Positions 26,112 to 39,391 of a stretch of DNA of 64,000 bases are shown piece by piece. This stretch comes from Chrysomallon squamiferum (taxonomy: Eukaryota; Animalia; Mollusca): contig CM022676.1 in NCBI GenBank assembly GCA_012295275.1, positions 5,952,001-6,016,000 of the forward strand, in the 5' to 3' direction. Positions within the stretch are counted from its first letter, which is position 1; each line of letters begins with the position of its first letter. A program made the translations under genes and the position numbers. The notes beneath the pieces were generated by a model. The model saw only the letters and a program-made list of their open reading frames with translations, was not told where the DNA came from and ran no database searches.

Positions 26112-26361
<250 letters not shown>

Positions 26362-26848
26362 AGCAAGGTTAAAGCCAAAGTATAATAAACACAGAAGCAC
26401 TGGGCTAGAGTTCAGTGGTTAGAATAGTTGCTTGTGTGTTTCTGAAACTGAAAATTACTGATCTAGTTTAAATTTTTAAAAAACAAAGCTACTGATCTTA
26501 AACAGAAAAATACTGATCTAGTTTAAATATTTGAAACACTAGGCTACTGATCTTAAACAGAAAATTCATAATTTTTAAAAAAATTTTTTTATTAAAACTG
26601 AACTTGATCCACTTTAAAAAAAAAACAAAAACTTACAATCCAGCTTACTGTACAAAGAGACGCAAACCTTCAAACAGTAAAGCTCTGTTTACCTTGTATC
26701 TCTCTCCAAGACCACAACTAATGGCCAAAAGTATAATTCGTTACGTCTTTGTAGCTAAGGAAATTATAAATGTCAAGCAGCCGGAAATTGCTTTTCTTTG
26801 AAACATAGTGAGAACAAACTAGTAATCAACATAAAACATGGAAGTTCA

Positions 26849-26879
<31 letters not shown>

Positions 26880-28019
26880 GAAAAAGAAAAAAAGAGAAAA
26901 AAGAAAATCAGGATGTTTGTAATAAGGATGTCAAATTGTACTGTTGGCGAAAAAAGTGATTTGCATAAATTTTTCTGGGTTGCTGTTGATGTAGGAGTGT
27001 GTTTGTCTTATGGGGGGGTTTAGTTGATGTGCTTACAGTGTGTGGGGGGTGAGTTTTATGTAGATGTGTGATTTTAAGATGGAGAGAGGGAAAAGGGGGG
27101 AGGTTGAGAGAAAGTTGGAGAAGTACAAAAGATGGGGAGGAACAGAAAGAAAGCAAAATATAAAAGAAAGATGGCAGGAAAAAGACACACAGACAGACAG
27201 ACAGACAGACATAAAAAGGTGTTTTCTAATTGCTAACAAATTTTTAAAATAGAGATGAGAGAGAATTAGGTACACAATCAGAGAAAAATGGATGGAAAAG
27301 AAAACATTTAGGACCAAATTTTTGAAAGTTTTTTTTTAAATTACAAAACAGTTTTAAAATTCTAACTCACGTTTATTTATTTCAACTAAAGAGTTTGTGA
27401 GACCTTTTTTTTTTTTCTTTTTTTTTTTTTTAATCAAAATCAATCTCTGTTGGAAACAGACAACATTTAAAACCCAATTTTTGTAAGTTGTTTTTTTCAA
27501 ATTACAAAACAATTTAAAATTCTAACACACACGTTTTTTTATTTTTTTTTTATTTTCTCTCTAAGTGTTAACTCATTTTCACATGTGTGGCATGAGACCC
27601 TTTTTTTTTTTTTTTTTAATGTTTTTTTTTTATCAAGACCAATCTCTTGTACTTCCTGTCTATCATAACTACAAGTTGATTCACAAAACAGTAAACTGTT
27701 GATAACATCAACGTCACAGGGCTATAACCGGTAATGAAATATCAACACTTTATTCATACCTGCAAAACACCTAGCTGAAGTGTATGCTTAATTGTGGTCA
27801 GCCAGGTAAGATCGTTATCAAGGTAATCATGCAAAAAAAAAAAAAAAAATGTTAATGATACCTTTTAAAAAAAAGCCTGAAGATTGTCCTTAAGGAAGAA
27901 AATTTTGGGATGGGTTTAAAAAAAAAAAATAAAAATTGGTCAGAATAATAATGATGTGTGTTATAGAAAAATTACTGGGATTGTTTGAGAATTAGGTGAT
28001 AAATATGTAATGTTATGTA

Positions 28020-28085
28020 GAATATGGAGCACTGGGTTGGAATGTGAAAAATGGAATGTGAAAAGTGTCCAGATGTGTTGGTCTT
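28020..28085 (-). mobile_element. Short SINE fragment
   Basis: ATGGAGCACTGGGTTGGAATGTGAAAAA matches the motif at 60680 and the reverse complement of 7155-7178. Confidence 0.4.
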
Positions 28086-28220
28086 GATATAAAAAAAAAA
28101 TTAAGATGTTATTTATTTAAGTTGTAATTTTGGGATTTTTTTTATTTTTGTTGCTGTTGTTATAATAATAATAATGAAATAACAATAATAATAATAATTA
28201 TGATTATTATTATTATTATG

Positions 28221-28261
<41 letters not shown>

Positions 28262-28412
28262 ATTTAAGAACTACACTACTACTATTACATTAACAAGAAA
28301 CAATCTCTCACCTGTTATTTAAAATAAATAAATAAATAAAATTATTTGTACAGTATATATAAATAAACATGTAAAGAAGGTTAAAATGACTGGTCCCTTT
28401 TAGGATTATTGG

Positions 28413-28443
<31 letters not shown>

Positions 28444-29191
28444 CTATTTCCCCATCTATCATGCCTAGACAAGTACAGCTTAATTAGATAGATAGTTGGA
28501 TAGATTTAAAGATCAATAGAAAAAGACAGACAGACAGATAAACAGATAAAACATACAGGATAAATATATAAAGAAGTAATAACTAAAATAAAAAAAAAAA
28601 ATAAAATAAAAAAATATATATTATTATTATTTTTAAATATTTAATAATGTAATTAATAAATGAAACCAAAACGTAAAAATAATTATATATATATATATAA
28701 ATATAAATACAAATAAAAATTATCTAAAAAATCAAAGAACATGACTAACAGGTTTTTTTTTTTTTTAATTTATTCTTACAACTAGAAGTCAAACAAACAG
28801 AAAATTGATACGATAATTGCGGTTTACAATTGAACAAGAAACAACAAACGACGTAAAAAAAAAAAAAAAAAAAAAAACAACAGAAAAAAAAACACCTCCC
28901 GTACATGTTACGTGGTCTTATTTAAGACCTGTTGATATTATTGAACCATGTACTCCTATCTCCTAATGCCTCCTATCTTCTATCTCCTATGATTTCACAC
29001 TCCGTCAATTGCAAATAGATGAGGCAAGTTTAGTTGTCGCAGATTTGGTTTCAGATACTCAGTCAGTGTGTGGTCTGAGATTTCTTATTTATAGATTTGG
29101 TGGCAAATGAATGAAATGGAATATGGGAGGGAGGGAGGAGCTTTTTGGCTGGAGTGAAAGAAAAGTAGAATTTTTGTTGGTTAATGAGTGT

Positions 29192-29222
<31 letters not shown>

Positions 29223-29792
29223 TTTTTTTAAATTTTAAAATTTTGGTTTTGTTTCGTTTTTTTTGTTTTTTTTTTTGTTCTGGGTTTGTTTATTTTATTT
29301 TTTTATTTTTTTATTATTTTATTTTTATTAGGTTTGGTTTTGTCTTTTTCATTTCTGTTTATTTTATTTTATTTTTTTTCATTTTTGTCTTTCTTTTTTT
29401 TTATATATATTTTTACTGTCACACATTTATTCAGCGTTTTATTTCATTTTTATTTTCGATTATGTCATATAATACAGACATAAAATGGTTTATGAAATTT
29501 TTGATGTTGTGTTATTTAGGAGTTTTTTTTTCTTTTTTTTCCTTTTTATCTTTTTGTTTTAATTTACTTTTTTTTTTTGTTCTTCATTTTATTTTTAGTT
29601 ATTAATTTTTTTTTAGGTTTCTTTCTTTCTTTCTTCTTGTTTTTCTTTTGCAGTTTTAGTTTATTTTCATCATTATTTTATTTTTTTATTTTATTTTAAT
29701 TGGTATTTTATTTATTAATTTCCATTTTTTTTATATTATTATTTTTATTTATTTATTATTAATTTTATTTATTCATTGTTTTTTTACCATCA

Positions 29793-29851
<59 letters not shown>

Positions 29852-30719
29852 TATTGTTATTTATTTAAATAAAAATTTTTTTATATACATTAGTAAATAT
29901 TTTTTTTAAATTTCTGAAGTTGAGTTTACTTGTTCTCTCTCCTTAAAAAAATCTAACATTTTTAAATTAAAATATATATAAATATTTTTTTTAAATTTAA
30001 AAAAAAAAAAAATCTGACTGATGAGATTTGTACAAGATAATTCATCAGATGTTACAAAAACCAGATTCCCACCATTTTTTTTTTTTTCTTTTTTTTTTTT
30101 TTTTCTCTCTTCACGAATCTGCCAGTTTTTTTCTTCTGCCATTTTCAAATTTAACAAACTCAAACTAGGAGAAGAAAAACCAGTTTTTGGCAGACATGCT
30201 GGAAATGAGGGGGACAAAAAAAAAAAAAAAAAAAATAGAACCTGGAAAATAAACTCAACCCATTTGATGAATCTGTCCATCTGTCATTCTGTCCATTAGC
30301 TGGTTCGTGCATTCATTCACCTCACTCAGAATAAGCTCTAAATTAGTCACCATCCTCACAGTTCTGTGTCCGACTGTCTGTTCATTCATTCATTCATCCA
30401 TCCATCTGTCCTTCTCTCCGTCCTTCATTCCATCCATCACTCCGACTACCGCTACTGCATCTGTCCATTCTTCTGGTCATCAATACATCCAAACATCCCA
30501 ATCTTCTCTCACCAGTTCATTTTTTCATTCATCCATCCATCCATCCATCCTTCCATCAGTACATCTATTCTTCCATCCATCCCACAATCAAAACATACTT
30601 TTTCTCTCTCACCCAGTCATTTTTGCATTCATCCATCCTTCAGTCAATCCATTCATTCATTTTTTTTATCCATTGTCAATCCATCTATCCATCCATAATT
30701 TTGTCCGTATAAAGACATT

Positions 30720-30895
30720 CTGTCACTTCATGGAATAATGTTATTTATCTGCTGCTGGGATTCTGTTTTATTATACACCATTCCATTTGCAACTCAGCAC
30801 CCACCATAGTAGTTTGACATTCTAGTGTGAGGCATTAGTTAGAATGGGAATTTACCCAAGCAGGTCGTGAAGCAGGATTGACCCAACAACCTTAT
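30720..30895 (-). mobile_element. Decayed tRNA-derived SINE body (molluscan type; family assignment uncertain)
   Basis: Colinear degenerate match, by recall, to a gastropod SINE read in reverse: CACTTCATGG...TTTTATTATACACCATTCC...TTTGACATTCTAGTGTGAGGCATTAGTTAGAATGGGAA...GGATTGACCC. Related pieces occur at 7155, 28023 and 60680-60800. Confidence 0.55.
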
Positions 30896-32064
30896 CCACA
30901 ATTCTCTTTTCTTAACATGAAGATGCATTTCAGTTTGACATCATATTCTATCTCTGGAATATAAAAAAAAATTAAGATTTGCAGACTTCGTACATATTTT
31001 TTTTTTTGTGTTCTTATCTTATCATTTTATTGCATTATCTTTTTTTTTTTTCTTGTTTTTCGTATATTTTTTTATTAAAAAGCTCCCAAATTTTTTTTAA
31101 AAAAAAAAAAAATTATGTTAAAATCTCTGAGATTTCTTCATTAGTTCCTTTCATCCATGGTCTTGTATTTTATCTTAAGATATTAGGCTTCTATTATTTT
31201 TAAAAAAAAAATAATTTTTTATATTTATTTATTTTTTTATCCAACTTGTTGCTTTTCCTTGTCATTAGTGTGTCCATTAGCTCATTTTGTTGTTGTCAGG
31301 TTTTGTTTGCGAAAGCCGATGTCACTGCAGTAGTTCATCCACTGTTCATGTGACGCAATTTGTCACCATTGCAGAAAGTATCGATTTATCCTAGAGAAAG
31401 AGAGAGAGAGAGAAGATAGAGAGGTAGAGAGAGAGAGAAAAAAAAAAAAAAAAATAAAAAAGAGTCTTAAGTGAAAAATATGACATAAGCATCATGATGA
31501 AGTGGAGAAAGAAGAGGAATAAAAAAAAATAAAAATAAAAATTATTTCCCTCAGGGTTTTAATAATTTTAGAAGATTCACTGATGTTTTTTTTTTTTTTT
31601 TGTGTGTGTGTGGCTGTGGTTGTGGTTTTGTTTCTGTGCTAACATGGGAGACATTGTACAGATATGAATGTTATTTTGTTCTGTTGGGGTTTTAGAGATC
31701 AAATTTTATTACTGATCTGCCTATTTTTTTATTTTTTTTTATATCTGAAATTATTGAAATTTAAAAAAAAATTTAAAAAAAACCAAAACTTTGGTGACAT
31801 TATTGTTGTTAGATCAAAACATGTAAAAATTTACAGGGATTGGTTTTGTGAATAATATTTTAGAAATGGGTCATTTATTTCCAGAATTTTTTCAATTTTA
31901 TTTTTCCTGTTTGTGGGATGGTACATAATAAAACATTTTTGATACTAATTGTAAAAAAAAAATTAGCCCATGAAATTGTGAGAATCGGTTTCATCTCTTG
32001 TTATTTTACTAGTCCAAAACCATGTGTACTGTGTCTTATATTATTACACACTTATGTTATATAT

Positions 32065-32310
32065 AAGTAATATCACACACCTATGTGATATATGTTTTAT
32101 TACAGCTATTTGACATAAGTACTAGAATTTATTATGATATATAAACCTATCACACACACATGATATATAAGAACTATCACACACATGATATATGTTTTAT
32201 TGCTTATTTTATAAGTGCTATCATCACACACACCAAGTTTGTGATATATAAGTATCATCACACACAAGTATGTGATATATAAGTATCATCACACACACCT
32301 TTGTGATATA
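32065..32310. repeat. Degenerate ~25-30 bp repeat (GATATATAAGTATCATCACACAC)
   Basis: Direct inspection. Confidence 0.75.
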
Positions 32311-32491
32311 CGGGACGCATATTATTTATCTCTCTGGGTGTTCTTTATGAGGTATCACAGGACATTTGGCAAGTCGCGTGCACAAAGTAATTATTCAGCA
32401 GCAAATATTCGTCAGTGCATGTTATCAATACCCTCTAGGATGGAGACCCTAAGATGTTTTTTTTTTCATTTTTTTCTTTTTTATTGCGATT

Positions 32492-32534
<43 letters not shown>

Positions 32535-33190
32535 CACATTTACGAAACAGAAAAAGATTTTTCTTCAGACAGTTATGTCGAAATATGAATGGAGTAAAAG
32601 CCAAAAATGTATACCTGTACGGTAACTCGTGTTTTTTTTTTTTTTTTTTTTAACGAAATTTATATCTTTGGTATACGTTTTGTAATGGGTTTTTTTTTTT
32701 TTTTCTCTTTCTTGTGTCGTTGTCGATGACGTTGAATAATGTAAACAAAGAGGTTGTGTGTGTGGTTTTTTTTTTTTTTGTAAAAGAAGACGATATCCTT
32801 TCTGAAGTGAAGCAACAAAAGTAAGAATGAAATAGGAAGACAAAAGAAATCTGCCATTAAGTGTATGTGTGTGTGTTTGTCTGGATTTATATCTTGTTGT
32901 GTGTGTGTGTCTGTGTGTGTGTTATGGAGGGAGTGGGGCTGGGAGGGGGGGAGGGAGGGGGGGAAAGAAAAGGTGCATAAAGAGACAGAGAGCTGCAGAG
33001 AAAAGGAGAAGTGAAAAGATGGAGAGAAATAAAGAAAGGAAGGATAGTGGAAGAAAAAGAAGTGGAGAGTTAAGAGAGAGAAAAGAAAGATAATGTCTTC
33101 ACAGACAGGCTTAAATAGTTTTAACATGTGCATTCTGTGTCTTACAGGAAAATTGATAGAAGTTTTCAATATTATGTATGTATGTGTGTG

Positions 33191-33194
<4 letters not shown>

Positions 33195-33289
<95 letters not shown>

Positions 33290-33385
33290 ATATATATATA
33301 ATCTGTTAAAATGTATTTGACATAAAACACAACCTGAGAGAGGGAGTCAGGGATAGAGAGACACACAGACAGACAGAGAGAGAGG

Positions 33386-33456
<71 letters not shown>
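33195..33456. repeat. (TC)n and (GA)n microsatellites in inverted arrangement
   Basis: (TC)n 33195-33285 and (GA)n about 33375-33456. Confidence 0.95.
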
Positions 33457-33459
<3 letters not shown>

Positions 33460-34429
33460 GTTTGGTAATTTATTCAACGTATTTACTATAAATGTATTTC
33501 ACACATAACAACAAAAACAAATGTCATTTCCTCTAACAAGTTCTGCACCAGATTTCTGTTAACAGCATCAGTAGAAATGTACTGAAGAGATGAAGTGTTT
33601 GATTCACACTTCTCGAAATGTCCCACTTCGAGAACATTATCACAACATAATCTTCCTCTTCTTCTTCTTCTTCTTCTTCTTCTTCTGTGTTTTAATACAT
33701 CATATAACTCTGACCTCAGGCTGGGTAAAAAAAAAAAAAAAAATAAATAAAAAAACCAAGATGGAAGCTAAAAACCTAATTCATTTATCTACTGTGAAAA
33801 CACATCAAAAAATATTCAACATGCAGAGGAGAAAAGAAGCCCCAAAAAACACACATATGGCCAAGGCAAGATTAATGCGAAAAACTAACAGCACCAACAA
33901 ATAAACAACCAAAGGGAACTCTTCTTTGGATGAGATAGATAAATAGAGGATGTAAATAGTATCGGTTTCCATAATGTCACCATCAGGAAAAACATGGGCT
34001 GTTTATGGGGATACGTGGAAAAAACGTTAAAAAACGGGTCTTGTATTGTGGAGAAAAACAAACAGTGGTGCAATTGTTAGAGCAGAAGAATGACTTGGAA
34101 TGGTTCTGCTGTTTGCTGTATGGTTTGTGTACTTAGGACAGAGGTTCCTGTTGGAGTAATCGGCTACTTTCAGGCTGGGAGAAAGATTAGTGAAATTTCG
34201 GGTACTGATAAAGAAAAAAGAAGAAAATGTGATTATTTTTATGAGAGTTTTAAAAGTTTGATGGTTGATCTTTTTTTTTTTTTTGTATATACAGAGTTTA
34301 TTGTTGTTGTATGTATGATAGTTTATGTTGGTATGTGTGTTAGTGTGTTAGTGTGTGAGTGTGGGTGTGTTTGTGTGTGTGAGAGAGAGTGAGATCAGAA
34401 ATGTATCTGTGTGAATGTATGTTATGTAG

Positions 34430-34640
34430 AGATACATATATGCATACATCCATAAATACATACATACACACATACATGCACACATTCATACACACACATA
34501 CATATACACACATACATACCAAGACACACATACACCAACATACATATATATACATATACATACATACATACACATACATACATACAAACATACACACATA
34601 CATACATACATACATACATACATACATACATACATGCATA
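34430..34640. repeat. (CATA)n/(CA)n microsatellite
   Basis: Direct inspection. Confidence 0.92.
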
Positions 34641-35108
34641 CCGACAAACAAATGTTTTTCTTTCTTATACAGGACAATTAAACAGACACACACACAGAAA
34701 TGTCTACAGATATCTTGTCTTTCTTCCTTTCTTTGTCTTTCTAAATCTCTGTCATTTCTTTCTTTCTTTCAGTCTTTCTTTTTTCTCTCTTTTTCTGTGT
34801 CTCTTTTGCTCTCATTCTGTTTCTATATCTCTTTCTATCTCATTTCCATATTTTATATATTTAATCTTATTTTTCTTTCTCTCTATTTAACTATTGTCTG
34901 TCTCTCTCCTTTTCATACAGTCTTTTTTCTTTTCACAACCCAGTTTTTTTGTTTTTTGCATTTTCATTCCATTTCTCTATATTCGTGTTAAATATAACAC
35001 CTTTTACACAAACACACATGCACATTTTTTTCCCATTCCAAAAAAATCACATCACCACAAAAACACAACACACCCACAACAACTTCCCATTTCTCATGAA
35101 AATTTCTT

Positions 35109-35144
<36 letters not shown>

Positions 35145-37218
35145 CTTTCTTTCTCTCTCTCCACAAAACCAAAACATTCTTTTCACATTAAACAACAAAA
35201 AAAAAATCTTTTCAACATCTGAAGACATCAGAGAAAACCTGTTGTGACAGATTCCACTTTGTTAATTCTCTCCTGCTTCATCTGATGGCTGGAGTGATCT
35301 GCCCTTGAGCTGGCCTTGTGGGGGGAAGGGGTGAGGGGCAACAGATGTTTCTCCCCCCCTCCCTGCATCTCACTGACGTTTGAGGGATTTGGACGTTCAT
35401 CTGACAAGCCAAGTCTTTGAAATGAAAAGGCAGACAGAACTGGACAGAGTTACTTCATCATGTGGTTCTGGTTTTCAGGACCAGAGAGAAAAGAGAGAAC
35501 AAGAGAGTGAAAATACTTCAAAAGTTATTGCTGGAATCAGAAGAAAGTCGAAAAAGATTTGTTTCCAATTATTGAGGTTCAGTGGTGGTCTTTGTTTCAT
35601 GCCCAAAAATTCTTTTGTGGTATTTCTTTTTTTTTTCTTTTTTATCTCCGTCTGGGTGTGTCTGTGTGTGTGTGTGCAGAATGAGAGTTCAGTCAGGAGG
35701 GTCACAACATGAGAGGGGGAGGGTTAGGGTATCAGCGAGGTGGGGTCGTTATGTTGTTAACATGGATCACTATTTATCAGTGGAAGGGATTAAAAGCATC
35801 GAGGATCATAATATCAGTGACGTGGATCAAAAATATCCACAAGGTTGATCACGTTGTTAGTAAAAATGGATCTGAGCATCATCAATAGGGATTAAAATAT
35901 TTTGTTTAAATTTTTAAAATCTTACACAGTTCTTCAAGAAATTGGTAAAATCACTCAAAAACTGTTTTTTATCATCGTCTTTATTATGTTCATTATTATT
36001 ATTGTTATTTTTTATTTATAGTTTTATTTATTTATTTATTTATTGTTTTTTTATTTATTGTTTTATTATTTTATTTATTTATTTATAGTTTTATTTATTG
36101 TTTTATTTATTGTTTTATTTACTGTTTTATCTGATTTTATTTTTTTTACACAAACAGTACCTCACTTGCACAGGTAGGTTACCAAAAACTGAAATAATCC
36201 CTGTCTTATCACAAATCAGATAAACACCACAAAAAAAAAAACAACCGATACCCGAACATAGGAAAATACCTGTATTCATAAACGACTTTGCAGGTGAGAA
36301 AATAACAAGAGCTTCCACATTCACACCCAAACCCCACCACCACACACACACACACACACCAGTCTCACAATACAGGTGTAAAACAAAACAAAATTTGATG
36401 TCCAACCGACACGAAATCTCCACGACCTTTGTCAGTAACACAATCTGGAGATTTTTTTTTATTATTATTATTATTTTTTACCCCCACACAAACAAACACA
36501 AAACAGACAAACAAACAGACAGAACAGATGAAAGGGTTAGGTCATAGCAATGTGAGGTTTACTGACAATTCCTAACAATTATGTACTGAAATCTGATGAC
36601 AGGTAACGTTTGTTTGTTCGACGAATTGGTTCACAAAAGTTGGTGTGGTAAACTCTGTGTTTTTTGTTTTTTTTTATCCCATTCCGGAGATCAATGGATG
36701 ATTACAGAGAGATTAGTGGATGATTAACAGAGAGATGAATGGATGATTACGGAGGCCTGGAGGTCCTGATTAGTTTCAAATAATATGGAGCTATTTAAGA
36801 TGTTGAGACGTTTAGGAAAAACAATCTGAAACCTGTGGGATGATGATTTTGAAATTTTCCAAAAAAAAATATATATATGGTTGAGATGTTATGGATAATA
36901 ATAATGATAATGATGATAATGATGATGATAGAGATAGTGATGATAACATGATAATAATAATATAAATATTATATTATTGTTTAGAAAACCAATCTGAAAT
37001 CTGTGGGATGGGAATTTTGAAATTTTTCCTCCAAAAATATATGGTTGAGATATTATGGATAATATTAATGATAATGATATTGATAATGATAATATAATGA
37101 TAATAATAATATTAAAATAAATAAATAATGATATTGATACTAACATTGATAGTAATAATAATGATAATATAATAATAATAAATAAAACAAAATATGTAGT
37201 ATAAAATTACTAATAATT

Positions 37219-37256
<38 letters not shown>

Positions 37257-38112
37257 ACACATAATACAAAACTAAACAAACAAGAGTAAAATTGATTTAA
37301 GAAAACAAAAAACAAAAACAACACAGTGATGAACGTTACCCAAACGAAATCTGATACATTTTCACTTCATTGCGGATTGCTTACGACTTCCTGTTGTCTC
37401 TACCCCCCGTCCTCCACCCTTCTCGGCCTGACCCCCCTCCCACCCCACAGGTGTAATTTCTTACCTGGTAATACAATACAGAAACGAGATAAACAAGACA
37501 ACACATTCCTTGGAGTTATATTGGCACTAAAAGTGTCACTCTTAGTCTACTGGGTAACACTAGTAAAGCAGTTTCTAGAACTGTCATACTTACTAAGCAA
37601 ATCAATTCGAGGGGGCCTTGTTGGGGATTTTTTTTTTTTTTAAAAAAGAAAAAAAAAAATTAGCAAATCTGGTAAACTTTACATGTTATAAGGCCTTATT
37701 AAGGATTTTTTTTTTTTTTTTATTAAATATTGGTTATTTTTGTGTAATATAAAACATAAAAGTTATGAGGCCTGATTAAGGATTGGTTAAGAGTGAATCC
37801 ATAATTATTTTTCATTAACCATATTATGGAACTGAATAAGGATTTTTTTTTTAAATGGATTTCTATATAGTAGAACACAACACATTATAAGGCTTTGTTA
37901 ATAATTATCAGTAATGTTACAGGATTTAGAATAAAAGCATTGAAATGTTTATCGATTAAGTAAGTGAATATTTAACAATTTATATCCCATTACAAAATGT
38001 AGCAACTCTTTTTCTCTTTCTCTATTTCTATCTGTATCTATATTTCTCTCTTACTATCTCTCTCACTCTCTCTATCTATGTTTTTCTCACTCTCACACAC
38101 ACACACACTTCA

Positions 38113-38350
<238 letters not shown>

Positions 38351-38589
38351 CTGTCACAAACATACTCAGAGATTAAAACAATTGCAATCTGACTTGTTGA
38401 AATAAACTGAACCAAACGAACTGCATACCAGCCTTGTATGGCATCCTGGCATCTCTAGAGGTTTAAAAAAAAACATGAAATATATTTTTTGACACTTACA
38501 GTTAAATTCCCCTGTCAACTTTGTAAATGTTGAGTCCAGGGGAAAAGATTTTCAAAATGTCTGCCACGATAAGGTCGTTTCTACCTTCT

Positions 38590-38680
38590 GGCCAATGGGA
38601 GGGGCTTGCAATGTCAAAGGATTGTTCCCATTGGTCAGTGGCCGGGTCATGAATATTAATCAGGTTATCTGATTGGCTGA
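38590..38680. promoter_or_regulatory. Triple CCAAT-box (NF-Y type) promoter-like element
   Basis: CCAAT 38592-38596, ATTGG 38630-38634 and ATTGG 38672-38676 at about 40-bp spacing, plus GGGAGGGGC and CATGAATATTAAT. Confidence 0.5.
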
Positions 38681-39289
38681 GACAGTAGTCTTGGTATTTT
38701 GTTTCTCTTACTGAAGTGTTGAGTGAAACATTTTCATGTTCTTGTGAAGAAATTTGTAATGTCAGCTAATTCTGATAAAGGTCGTGTCAAAGGTCAAGCT
38801 GTGTCAGTTCGGAGATTATGTGGGCTCTGTGGGTTTGTACTGCACTTAACAGACAGACAGACAGACAGACAGGCAGTTGCTGTTATAGATGAGCCTGTCT
38901 GGTTGCTATGTGTCAAATGTATTTTCATTGACAACAATGTTAAAGTTAGAAATGAAATTAGAAATAAAGAAACTTTCTGTTTTCCATTTCTTTCTTTCTT
39001 TCTGTGTGTTTCTCACTCTCATTCCTTTTTTATTTTATTTATTTCATTGTTTTTTATTTTTTTTCCTTTTTTCTCCTTTTTTTTCTCTTTTCTCCTTCTC
39101 TCAATCATCTTCTCTATGTGCCTCTCCATAACTCTTATCTCTTTGACTCATTCTCTCTCATTCTCTCACTCTTTCATTCTTTTATTTTCTTTCATTCTCT
39201 TACACTGTCATTCTCTCATCTGATTCTTATTATCACTTTCTCTCATTCATTTTCATTCTTTCAGTCAGTCTCACATTCTGTCATTCTGT

Positions 39290-39329
<40 letters not shown>

Positions 39330-39335
39330 TTCTCA

Positions 39336-39391
<56 letters not shown>

